Shown in pieces: positions 49,905 through 62,190 of a stretch of 64,000 nt of DNA. The notes under the pieces were generated by a model. It saw only the letters and a list, made by a program, of their open reading frames with translations. It made no database searches and had not been told where the DNA came from. Positions within the stretch are counted from its first letter, which is position 1. Each line of letters opens with the position of its first letter. Source of the stretch: Octopus vulgaris (taxonomy: Eukaryota). The position numbers and the translations under genes were made by a program. The DNA is taken from positions 29,016,001 through 29,080,000 of the forward strand of contig OX597819.1 of NCBI GenBank assembly GCA_951406725.2. The letters run 5' to 3'.

Positions 49905-50436
49905 TGAGTGATCTCTTACTTGAAAGATGGGTTTTAGCCATAGGAAGAGTATCTGGCTGTAAAATAATGCCTCAATAATATATACCTCTAACCCGTGTTG
50001 GCAAGGAAAAACAGGACGGAAAACAAACAAATTTCTTATCTGTTTGTTTCTATAATTTCCAAAGATATGATTGAAAATTTTAACCGAGACAAAGTATATA
50101 GGAAAATCAAGTAAGATACAGGTATATGCATGACTGTGTGGTTAAGAAGTTCCCTTCAAAACCATATGATTCCAGATGTGATCCAATCATGCAAGCCTCA
50201 GGTTGACCAAACCATGTCCAAGAAATTCGGTAGATGGAAAGCCAATCACACACACAGACTCACACACACACACACAGATGGAGTATATAACATCATTATC
50301 ATTGATTTACATCCACTTTTCATTGTTCCATCCTGGCATGATTTTAAAAGAATTACACCTCACTTTCCGTCATATTTGGGTATGGAATTAACAAAGTTAG
50401 AGCACTGAACAAAAGTATCATGAAGTATTTAGTTTA

Positions 50437-50855
50437 CTCTTTACTATTTTAATTGTTTCAGTCATTTGACTGCGGCCATGCTGGAGCACCGCCTTTAATC
50501 GAGCAAATCGACCCCGGGACTTATTCTTTTGTAAGCCCAGTACTTATTCTATCAGTCTCTTTTGCCGAACCGCTAAGTAACGGGGACATAAACACACCAG
50601 CATCGGTTGTCAAGCAATGCTGGGGGGACAAACACAGATACACAAACGCACACACATACACACACACACACATATATATATACACATATATACGATGGGC
50701 TTCTTTCAGTTTCCGTCTACCAAATCCACTCACAAGGCATTGGTCGGCCCGGGGCTATAGCAGAAGATACTTGCCCAAGATGCCACGCAGTGGAACTGAA
50801 CCCGGAACTATGTGGTTGGTTAGCAAGCTACTTACCACACAGCCACTCCTGCGCC
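50437..50855 (-). mobile_element. Family A CORE SINE, young
   Basis: Full length, CpGs retained. Confidence 0.92.
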
Positions 50856-51227
50856 TATTGAAGTTTAATTGAAGTTATTTCTGCATTGTAAACAATTTGC
50901 ATTGTATTCCTTACAAGATTAATAAAACAGGCACCAGACAAAATATTGGAGTTGATCTAATAGGATAGAACTTCTGAAAGTAGTGGTCTAGAATAATCAT
51001 AATCAACTGAATGAAACTGGTAGCAGAATGAAAGAACATGATTGGGAAACTTGTCCAAGGATGGCAAAGTAATCAGGAAAATGGCAATGTGATCAGGAAA
51101 GTTAACAACAGAATAAAAATCAACTTTTTAAAGATGAGAATGCACTCTGCAGTTAAGGTTAATCAGGAGTTTTAGCACTAAACTATTCAGATTTCTGACA
51201 TTACAAACATGTTAGTCGTGTGGTTAA

Positions 51228-51447
51228 CCCTTTCGTTACCGATCCAGCTGAAACCAGCACTGGCTCTGAGTACAAATGTTTTGTTTTTGTAAGTTTTGAA
51301 TCAAAATCTTCCATTAAACCGTAGTCACAATTTATGTTCCTAACACTAACTGAATGATAACTAAGTTATTTTACTAAATTCTTTGTTTTATTTAAAGTAA
51401 TTGAAACAAACACAGAGCATCTCAAAATAAATACAGTAACAAAAGGG
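51228..51447. mobile_element. piggyBac-like TTAA MITE (family 1)
   Basis: TTAA|ccctttcgttacc ... gtaacaaaaggg|TTAA; reverse complement of 18017-18236. Confidence 0.9.
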
Positions 51448-52362
51448 TTAAAGAGATAAACTACTAACCACAAGACTGTAAATTCAAATCTTATGACAAA
51501 CATGTTGCATCCTTCAGCAGGCTACTCAACTCTGCTCGTTTCTGTTTGGCAAACTGATAAAATATTCTTTCACTTAGACCTCATGATTGAAGTGGTAGGA
51601 AAGGTATCCTACACTTAAAATAACAACTCTAACAAAAGAGCAATCACATCTGTGTTAATATGCAACAAATGGATGTATAACATTAGAACAAAAATACAGC
51701 AGAAATGGCTATTGTGAATAACTGAAAGTTTAAAATTTACTCTAACCTCTAGCACACATATATGCTGTCATCTCACCCTACTTTTTCTACCACTACTACT
51801 ACAGCCTCTGTTCCCTTGAAGTCTGATGCTCACAGACCAGCCCAACACACTCATCTTTTCTCCTGTCATCACATATTGTACAAAACATTATACAACCTTC
51901 TTGTTCTTCTGGTCTCATTCACTTCTGTTCACCTTTAGAGCCCACCCCAATACCTCGTTACTATACCATCTTTAATCTTTCTCTCCAACTCTGACTACTC
52001 TCATCCACTTTTGAATAATGCAAGTATCAATGTATCTCTTTTACGGAAAGAAACCTGTTGAAGCCCCTTCTCTCATTATTTAACCCCTCTGTTGTAGTCC
52101 CATTCAAGTTGAAGGGGATGTGAGTTATATGGTGACCTCATTAATGTGATGGCATGAAAAAAGCATCCAGTACACTGTAAAGTGGTTGGCATTAGGAAGC
52201 ACATCCAGCTGAAGATACCATACCAAAGTAAGTATTAGAATGTGATGCATTCCTCAGACCCATTGAATCTCAAAACTGCCCAACACATTCCAGCATGGAA
52301 AGACAAATATTGAATGATAATGATGATAATTATGTTTATTTATTTATATTTATTTATATATA

Positions 52363-52544
52363 GGCGTAGGAGTGGCTGTGTAGTAAGTAGCTTGCTTACC
52401 AACCACATGGTTCTGGGTTCAGTCCCACTGCGTGGTACCTTGGGCAAGTGTCTTCTACTATAGCCTTGGGCCAACCAGAGCCTTGTGAATGGATTTGGTA
52501 GACGGAAACTGAAAAGAAGAAAGACCGTTGTATATATATATATT

Positions 52545-52613
<69 letters not shown>

Positions 52614-52810
52614 CTGTGTTTGCACACACCAACATCGCCTGACAACCAATGCTGGTGTGATTACATCCCTATAACTTAGTGGTTCGGCAAAAGAGACTGA
52701 TAGAATAAGTACTAGGCTTACAAAGAATAAGTCCTGGGGGTCGATTTGCTCGACTAAAGGCAGTGCTCCAGCATGGCTGCAGTCAAAATGACTGAAACAA
52801 GTAAAAGAGT
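52363..52810 (+). mobile_element. Family A CORE SINE
   Basis: Full length. Confidence 0.9.
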
Positions 52811-53383
52811 ATATATATTCCATTTTTTTCTTTTAATTAAAGCACTAAAAGTGACTTACATTCCTTTATACTATATTGTACTTTGATGATTCTTTCAAAA
52901 TTAGAATTCTTCAAACATTTCTTACTGATATTTTCCAAGTTTCTCAAATCATGAATTATCCTCAGAAAATGGTTTTGGAATATTGCAATGATGTCATATA
53001 AAGAAATGGCAATAACGATAAAGATAATGTTATGTAAGTTAAACTTAGCTATTGATCCTTTCCTATAAATGTTCAGTGTGGAGTTAATCTGATTTGCAAG
53101 CTGTGATAGTTTAATAAATATATAAATACAAATAAATAAACATTTAGAGTAAAACCAATAACAAAATTAAACATAAAACTAATTTTTTTCAATAAGCTTT
53201 TAAAATAGATTAATTCAATATCTATATACTAATCTATTTTTATTTATTTCACTATCGAAAAACAATTCACTTAATATCAATAAAAAAAAAAAAAAAGAGA
53301 ATCTTTTTCTTTTCTTTAAAATTAATTCTGTATTTCTAAAGTTTCTTCTTTCTAGCATTTCATTTGATATCCTTCATCATAAA

Positions 53384-53394
53384 TACACACACAT

Positions 53395-53448
<54 letters not shown>

Positions 53449-53731
53449 ATATACATACTATATATATTAAATATATTATATATGTGTGTGTGTGTGTATA
53501 TATGTATATATACATACTATATATATTAAACATATTATAAATATATGTGTGTATATGTATATATATATGTGTGTATATACATACTATATATATTATATAT
53601 ATATAATATATATATATGTGTATATGTATGTGTATATATATGTGTGTGTATGTGTGTATATATACATACTATATATATTATATATATAATTATGTATATT
53701 ATGTAAACAAATACATACATGCACACACACA
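53384..53731. repeat. Compound TA/TG microsatellite
   Basis: Read directly; the unit tatacatactatatatatta recurs. Confidence 0.95.
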
Positions 53732-54767
53732 ACTTTATGTAGCAGATAAAATAATACACTCCCTTATGACAAGAAAACTTGCTATTTTGCTACTACAGCA
53801 AGTTATTGGGTTCTAAAATTCTCTTTAAATCCAAACTCAATACAATTTTCTTGCAACGTTTGTTCTTTCATATTAAAGTATTTGTTTGGATTTCCTTTGC
53901 AAGAATTCTTTTCAAGAATTACTCGGGGAAAATACCAAGTCATATGGACAAATCCCAGTCGGCAAATAAAAAACAAACAAACACCACTACAGTATTTAGA
54001 TTATTAATATCTCTATCAATATTCTATTTATATTACATTTATTCATTTATTTTCTTTTTTTCCTGCTATAAAAACCTAATGTGTGTAATGATTTCACATC
54101 AATAAAATATTGTACTGAAATTAGGGAGTAAAATGAAAGTAAGTATCTGTTATCAAAGACTAAACTTTGCTGAAATATTTTGGTTTCTTTTGTAATTCAA
54201 GCATGGGATAAAGGATTCATGTGGCTTTTAATGGACCAATCGAGAATTGAGTTGCGGGCTACATAGGGCTACACAGATTGATGGCTTATATGTTTTTGAT
54301 GGCACAATGACAGCAGGGAATTTTGCATTTATAATAATAAATAATTGCTTTTGTTATATTAGATGTATTTTAGCTTATATATATATATATATATATATAT
54401 CTCCCAAGATAGGAGATTGGAAACAATTTTTGGGGTCTTACTTATTCACCATTACATGTGTTTCATTTACTAACAGGAATGAGAAAATTGTATATGTAGG
54501 AGAAACGTACAAAATCTATTAGAAATTCTTCAGAGACAGAATGCAGATATGCTTACTGAGGACACAACTTGGATTATAAACCTGTCTATATATTTGATAT
54601 AAATATGTGTGTTTGTGTATAATAAAGCAGAAAATAGTCATTACACTCAATGCTTTAAGGACACATGTTTCAACCAAATGCCAAATGATTACATAACAGT
54701 TGTAGAAACATGCTATCTTACACTTCACTTCTTCAGTGTCTCACAATAGTGGTTTACACACACACAC

Positions 54768-55048
54768 ACAATTACAGTGTGGAAGGTGTTTCTAAGTTAT
54801 TCAAAAACACACAAAAACTGTTAAATTCACTTTGACATTTAAATTTAATTTGCCTAAATATTTTCGTCGCTTTGCGACTGCAACCTGTTTACTGACAAAA
54901 TTCCGTGCAGCATAGAATTTTGTCTGTGAACAGGTCGTGGTCTCAAAGCAACAAAAATATTTAGGTAAATTAAATTTAAATGTTGAAGTGAATCTAACAG
55001 TTTTGTGTGTTTTTTTAATGGCTTATAAACACCTTCCATGTTGCAATT

Positions 55049-55050
<2 letters not shown>
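54768..55050. repeat. 283-bp fold-back palindrome of a dispersed repeat
   Basis: Arms acaattacagtgtggaaggtgttt...gacaaaattccgtgc and gcatagaattttgtc...aaacaccttccatgttgcaattgt, centred on 54909. Confidence 0.92.
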
Positions 55051-55089
<39 letters not shown>

Positions 55090-55180
55090 GCACATATACA
55101 CACACACGCACACATATATACACACAGACTTACATACACGCATACACACATACATATATATGTGTGTATGTGTGTGTATA

Positions 55181-56459
55181 CACAGACATGCAGGAAATAA
55201 ACAGACACCTTTAATTTTCAAAATTTCTGATCTAAGCATCTTAATATGTTTTCAGCAGGGTAGAATTTACAATGTAATTATTCTTTTTCTTTCCAGGTGC
55301 CATTATATTAAACATGTGTGAAGAGTAACCATGCCATACACAAAAAATTCAGCAGAACTGTCAGATTTTCAAAGAGGTCGTATTGTTGGGCAATCAGAGG
55401 CTGGTCTTAGCCAGTGAAAAATTGTTGAAAATCTTCAAATTCCTCTTGCTACTATTAATAGAATTATAGTGAAATTCAAAAGCCAAGGAAAAGAATCAAC
55501 AGATTCTTGTCCTGGCTGACCTGAGCCCTCATAAAGGAAGCTTCACTATTTGAAGAGAATTGTGGAAAACGAACCCCATTCGAAGGCTTCTGACATTGCA
55601 AAACAGCTAGAATTAGTCCAAGAACATGTTACATATCTGCATAAGCTTGGGTATTATGGATGAGCAGCTAGAAGAAAACTTCTCCTTCAACCAATTAATA
55701 TCATGAAAAGAAAGAAATGGGTTAAGGAGATGTCAGAAAAATCCAGTTCATTTTGGAATAGAGTGATTTTCTCAGATGAATCCAGATTTGCATTATTTTC
55801 GGACAGTGAACATGTTTGGGTCTGGAGGCTTCCCAGTCAAGAATTTGAGTTGAAGCGACTCCAACCAACTGTGAAACATGGCATATCTCTGTAATGGTAT
55901 GGGGAGTTTTCACCAGCAATGGTCATACTGAGCTGATCGAATGTGGTGGAACCATAAACTCTGAAAAAAAACCCATCGAAATACTTAAGCAAGGACTACT
56001 TCTGATGTATTCACATGATAACATAATGAAAAATTAGTTTTTATTCATGGAAGATGGGGCTCCATGCCACACAGCGAAAAGGAATCAACAATGGCTGACT
56101 GAAAATGGGATGAAAAAGCTTCCTTGGCCCAGCCAATCTCCTGACATGAACCCAATCGAAAATTTCCTCGAGCATATTAGATAGAGCTATATGAAAACCT
56201 CAAGAGAAACCTAAATCTAAAGATGAATTGTTTCGATTGTTGCATGAAAAGTGGGCAGAAATTCCACAAGAGACAATCCCAAAGTTCATCAGTTCAATGC
56301 CAAAAAGAGTTTCTGAATTAAAAACTGCAAAAAGAATGTCAACTAAATACTAAAGTATGTAGTCCTACAGACATCGATTACATTTCAATTGTTTGCTTTG
56401 TGTATTAAATAAAAGATTTTGAAAATTAAAGGTATCTATTTACATTCTGCATGTCTGTG
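55181..56459 (+). mobile_element. Full-length decayed Tc1 transposon (DD34E); transposase pseudogene at 55331-56353
   Basis: ~44-bp TIRs cacagacatgcag...cctttaattttcaaaat and attttgaaaattaaagg...ctgcatgtctgtg after TA. Motifs [30 protein letters not shown] and WPSQSPDMNPIEN, with 34 residues between D and E. Several stops and frameshifts. Confidence 0.95.
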
Positions 56460-56469
56460 TTTATATATA

Positions 56470-57380
56470 TCACCATCTTTAACATCTACTGTCTATGCTG
56501 GAATAGGCTGGATAATTTGACCTGAGCTGGAAAACTGGGTAGCTACATCAGACTCCAGTCTAATTTAGCTTCCTTTCCCTGGCTGGATGTCCTTCCTAAT
56601 GCCAACCATTTTACAGTATGCTGGGTGCTTTTATGTAGCACCGTACAGACACTTGTACATGGTGCTGCATGGGTGCTTTTACATAGCTCTGCACAGATGC
56701 TTTTGCATGGCATTACACAAGCGCCTTTATGTAGCACTGTCACAAGTGTTTTACACCACCAGAAGGATTAGTATTATCACTTCTGTTGCAGAGAATGGGT
56801 TTTCTTAGGTATGGCAAAGTACCAGGCATTTCAGTCCTTTGTCATCTCGCCTGAAAGGTTTAGCATCCTGAGGTCGTTCTGAAGTACTTCATCCCATGTC
56901 TTCTTGGGTCTCCCACTTCCACATGTTCCATCCACTTTGAGAGACTAGCACTTCTTTATGGAGTTGTTGGCATCCATCTGCATTACATGACCAAACCAGT
57001 GCAATCTTCTCTCTTGCACACAGCAACCAATTCCTCTTATACCTAACGTCTCTCTCAGAACCCTTGCACTCTGTCAAACATGTACGTTTACGTTACACAT
57101 CCAGTGGAGCATACTAGCCCCAGCCCTTTCTATCCTTCGCATGTCCTCTGCATTCAGGGCCAACATCTCACTACCATATAGAATTGCTGTCCGTATACAT
57201 ACATCATACAATATTCCTTTTACTGGGAGAGAGAAACCTTTCAAGGTCAACAGAATTTCCTCCATTCTATTATTTTAGTTATCACACTGTCTGTGCATCT
57301 TCCTCCACTACTTATTTGGCCTCTGAGGTAGCAGAAATTATTTACTGCATCTAATGAGCCACCAGGGCATTTGAGGGAAT
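56470..57380 (-). mobile_element. RTE-clade LINE 3' ~900 bp (ORF remnant, 3'-UTR minisatellite, tail)
   Basis: Translation LDAVNNFCYL, KGILYDVCIRTAILYGSE..AL..EDMRRIERA.ASMLHWMCNV and a GR.PRKTWD-like end. Confidence 0.88.
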
Positions 57381-57740
57381 ATATATATATCATCATCATC
57401 ATCATCGTTTAACGTCCGCTTTCCATGCTAGCATGGGTTGGACGATTTGATTGAGGACTGGTGAACCAGATGGCTGCATCAGGCTCCAATCTGATCTGGC
57501 ATAGTTTCTACGGCTGGAACCCTTCCTAACACCAACCACTCTGAGAGTGTAGTGGTTGCTTTTATGTGTCACCGGCACGAGAGCCAGTCAGGCAGTACTG
57601 GCAATGGCCACACTAAAATGGTGTTTTTTACATGCCAGCACATTGGCCACAACCTCGCTCGAATGTCTTTTTCACGTGCCATCAGCACAAGTGCCAGTAA
57701 GGTGACACTGGTAATGATCATATATATATATATAAATATA

Positions 57741-58565
57741 TACAGGGTGGTATCAAAAGGTTCTCAGACAAGCTCTGTTGTTTGCCAACAGAAGGCAGCA
57801 CATAGTTGTGTGTGCAGTGAGAGCTAGCAGTGACCTTCATGAGGCATTGCGCTGAGTGACAGCTGTGTTTAGTTTACAAGTTGTGTAAGCAGTAGTCTGT
57901 GATTTTGACATGGACAGAAACAAAGAGCCATTGTGAAATTTTGCATTAAACTTGGGAAGTCTGCTACAGAAAAATTGAGCATACTTTGGCAAGCTTACAG
58001 GCAATGGGTCGTATACAATGTTTTGAGAGGCAGGGGTGCTTCAAAAGGAGAAGAACACCCCTAGAAGACAATGAGAAGATCTTGAAGACCTTTCATGATC
58101 ATCACCTCCAGAAATGTGGTATTGTGCATTGAGAATTTGTTCCCCAGGGCCAGACTGTCGGTCAAGAGTTCTACTGCGATGTTTGGAAGCATTTGAGGGA
58201 GAACATTCAGCAAAAGATCTATGGAGTGTGAAGAATTGGACTCTCCACTGAGCTCTCCTTACTCATGAATTTCTCACCAAAAACAACATGGTATCACTTC
58301 TGCATCCACCCTATTCACCAGATTTAGCACCTCACACTTCCAGGTGCAGTCTCATGGTCATTCATATGAAAATGTAACTCAAAGTCACTGTTTTAACACC
58401 TTTGTCAAAAACCAGCATAAGTTACAAAAGAGCCTAGACTTACTTATGGAAAACGACTTCCAGGTCAGATTCCAAAAATGCAGGAATGTTGGGACCAGTG
58501 TATTGCTGTGCAAGGTCACTATTTCGAAGAAGATAATGTTAAAACTTAGGCAAATAAGTTATTTG
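57741..58565 (+). mobile_element. Mariner transposon, internally deleted and 3'-truncated
   Basis: Starts ta|cagggtggtatcaaaagg. Remnants QRAIVKFCIKLGKSATE, EFVPQGQTV..EFYCDV and LHPPYSPDLAP (mariner hallmark). Confidence 0.88.
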
Positions 58566-58620
58566 TTAATACAGTTCTATATTCAAGAGATGAGGAATTA
58601 TGTACACTATTTACATTTGA

Positions 58621-58742
58621 CGGGTATTTGTCCTCATCTTATTTTTGTTAGCACAACATTTCAGCTGATATACCCTCCAGCCTTCACTAGGTGTCTTGGG
58701 GAAATTTTGAACCTGGGTTCTCATTCGTGAGGTATTTTTTGA

Positions 58743-58780
<38 letters not shown>

Positions 58781-59000
58781 TCACAGCTTGGAACTGAAAT
58801 CAGTGACCTGAATAATAATAATAATAATAATAATGATGATGATGAAGATGATGATGATAATAACAACAACAACAACATTGAAAAATACCTCAGGAATGAG
58901 AACCCAGGTTTGGAATTTCCCCAAGACACCTGAAGAAGGCTGGAGGGTATATCAGCCGAAATGGTGTGTTAACAACAAACAAGATGAGGACAAATATCTG
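58621..59000. mobile_element. Inverted duplication of a Penelope-type pLTR with hammerhead-like cores and internal (AAT)n tracts
   Basis: Arms at 58621-58784 and 58803-59000 surround an 18-nt spacer. The motif ctgaaga-a-ggctg..cagcc-gaaa lies at 58930-58961. The Penelope origin is inferred from the motif and geometry. Confidence 0.75.
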
Positions 59001-59680
59001 CTAAGCATTTCGCCTGGCATTCTAATACTTCTGTCAGCTCGCCACCTTATAACTTGCATTATTTGTGGCTTTCTAAAAACACACAGTTTTAAACCTCAAC
59101 TTTGTATAGTTTGATATTTGCATCATGTAGTCTCTTTGTCAATTTATTTAAAGCAATCAGTAAACTGTTGCCAGTCACAGCCTATTAACGAACATTTTAT
59201 TACAAATTCCTCTTGAGTTGGTTATTGAAGAACAAATGCAAAAGATAAGAGTTGGAAAATATTTTCTGTTTCTAGGAGAGATGAATTTAATATGACAGTA
59301 GAAAAACCCTTAATCAGCTTCTAGTTAGTTTGGTATTCTTCAACTAGAAATATTTTCTTTTGTTTACAGATCACAAAAAATACAGGTTTGTCTTAAAATA
59401 CAATTCAGCCCATTTTTAAAAATTTCATAGCATAGAATGTATTCTTTAATTTTACAAAATATTCAGGGAGAAAAAAAAAATAGAAAAGAAATAAATTTTC
59501 TATATAAAAAAAAGAGAAATCCAAAATATTATTTTTGAAAAGAGAAAACTAAATTAAGAAACTCTTCTACTGAATTTAAGATAAAATATTTAATAGAAAA
59601 ACTGTTTTCTAGTTTTAGTGTCTCTAATCAAAATAATAATACATTCTAAATGTTTTTTTTAAACTCAAAGTTATGAATAC

Positions 59681-59738
<58 letters not shown>

Positions 59739-60604
59739 CACACACACATTCACATATAGATATACACACACACAGAATATTATACAATATATTATCTACC
59801 ATTTTGCAATAATTTTATTCTGAAGTTTTTAAGAACATTAAATTGTGTGAATGTGAAGAAAAAAATTGCAAAGAAAAAACTACAAAATCATGAATGCCAA
59901 CCAACCTTTAAATTTCATTTTTTGTTTTATTTCATGGGAATATATATATATTTAGAAGAAAAGATGTGTTTCTGATGTTCCAACATCAAAATTATTTTCT
60001 TTGTCTATATTGGCCCAGGCATGGCTTTGTGGTAAGCAGTTTGCTTCTCAAGAACAATGTTTCACATTCAGTCTCACTGTGTGGCACCTGGAGCAAGTGT
60101 CTTCTACTTTTGTCCCATGCTGACCAGAGGTTTGTGAGTGGATTTGAAAGACAGAGACAGAAGCATGCATACATGTGTGTGTGAGCATGCATGTGTGTGT
60201 GTGCGTGTTGCTGTCTCCTTGTCTTTACAATGTGTGATAGTTGTAGGCAAGTATCACTGTCATGCAAGCGATGTCCTTTGTTTCCAATCTTGTTCTGTTA
60301 TGAGGAACTATTAACCTTACATGGTAACAAGTTAGTGCTAGTGACAGGAGTGGTATCTGGCCATATAATATCCACCTCAACAAATTCTATCAGAGTAGAG
60401 AAAAGTGGACGTTAAAATGCTAATGATAAGTAGATCGTGATTCTAAAAACAGAAAATGTACCATTTACTTCAACAGAGATGTACATGCCAAGCAAGAGAT
60501 TTGATCTGGGACTATGTGTTGAAACCAAAATGATTGCAGCATTAAAAAACACACATCAACCATTCGAAAACACATAAAAATTGTTAATGTTTATTATTTG
60601 TAAT

Positions 60605-60992
60605 ATCTTTCATCTTTTACTTATTTCAGTCCTTAGACTGTAGCCATGCTGGAGCACTGTTTTGAGGGATTTTAGTTGAGTGAATTGATAACAAAGTACT
60701 TAGTATGTTTTGTAAAGCCTGGTACTTATTCTATTGGTCAATTTTGCTGAAATGCTAGATTATGGGGACATAAATATGCCAACACCATTTGTTAAGTAGT
60801 AGTGGGGGACAAACACAGACAAACACATATGATGGGCTTCTTTCAGTTTCTGTCAACCAAATCCACTCACAAAGCTTTCGTTGGCCTGTGGGTATAGTAG
60901 AAGACACTCGCCCAAGTTGCCATGCATTGGGATTGAACCCAGCTTCATGTGGTTGGGAAGCAAACTTCTTACCACACAGCTATGCCTGTGCC
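60605..60992 (-). mobile_element. Family A CORE SINE, decayed
   Basis: Tail-to-head structure is recognisable. Confidence 0.82.
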
Positions 60993-61398
60993 TAACATGG
61001 TGACAAAATTCTCATCACTCATAACTATGACCTGGTCACAGCAGTGGGTTACAGTTTTGAGCAATGAAAATTTTAACACCATATTACAAGCAATAAATGA
61101 AGCAATAAGTGAAGTTAATTGTCTTTGTGTGTTTCTTATTGGCTAACAAGTTCTTCCATGCTGCAATCATTTACTTTTAACTTGTATCTAGGGAAGGTCA
61201 TTATACCAATAATAGTAAACACGTGTGCTAGCTCAACTTCACTACAATATAGTTAGACAATTGCTTAGGTGTTCAACTTCACTCCTTTATTGTTTACGTG
61301 TTTATTGTTATTTGCATAATGACTCTCCCTAGAATTCACATAAAAAAATCTCGTAAACTGAAAACAAATATCAAGCATTTACTTTTAGTTATATTTAA

Positions 61399-61618
61399 CC
61401 CTTCAGCATTTAAACCAGCCATATTAGGTCCAAATATTTTTTCCTGCTTTATGTTCAAACTGGCCAAATATGGACCCTCAACCAATCCTACAATATCATT
61501 CCGAGAATTAATAGTTACTTCATTAAAATCTCAAAGCTACAAGATAATGCATGATTAATTCAAAATTAAGTGAATAAATGAGCATTACTTTTGATAGAAT
61601 AATGTGAGTGCTAAAGGG
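61399..61618. mobile_element. piggyBac-like TTAA MITE (family 2)
   Basis: TTAA|cccttcagcatt ... gtgctaaaggg|TTAA. Confidence 0.88.
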
Positions 61619-61656
61619 TTAAACAATTAAATAATGCTAGTATTAATATCAGGTAA

Positions 61657-62190
61657 TGAAAGTGCATGGCTCAGTGGTTAGAGCATTGAACTCACAGTCA
61701 TGAGGCAGTGAGTTCGATTCTCGGACTGGGCTGTGTGCTGTGTTCTAGCAAGACACTTTATTTCATGCTGCTCCAGTTATCTCAGCCGTAGAAATGAGTT
61801 GTGACATCACTAGTGAGTATCAAGTTGTATTGGCAATTGTCTTTCCCTTGGATAACATTGGTGACATGGAGAGGGGAGGCTGGTATGCATGGGCAACTGC
61901 TGGTCTTCCATAAACAACCTTGTCCAGACTTGTGCCTTGGAGGGGAACCTTCTGGGTGTAGTCTCATGGTCATTCATAACTGAACGGGGTGAGAATTGTT
62001 AGCATGCTGGGCAAAATGTGTCGCAGCATTGTCTGTCAATAAGTTCTGAGTTCAAGTTCTGCTGAGGTTGGCTTTGCCTTTCATCCTTTTGGGGTCAATA
62101 AAATAAGTACCAGTTGAGCTCAGGATTGCTATGATCAACTCATCCCTGCCCCTGAACTTGCTAGCCTTGTGCCAAAAATCAAAACCAATA
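61657..62190 (+). mobile_element. Family C SINE (61657-61990) abutting a family B SINE (61988-62190)
   Basis: Homologous to 23477-23817 and 18841-19070 respectively. Confidence 0.82.

Noticed and set aside
50453-50872. Recurrent ORF family FQSFDCGHAGAPPL...SFRLPNPLTR
   Set aside because: This is the antisense translation of the family A SINE, not a gene family.
54232-54245. CCAAT box (ggaccaatcg)
   Set aside because: A single short motif without other promoter evidence.
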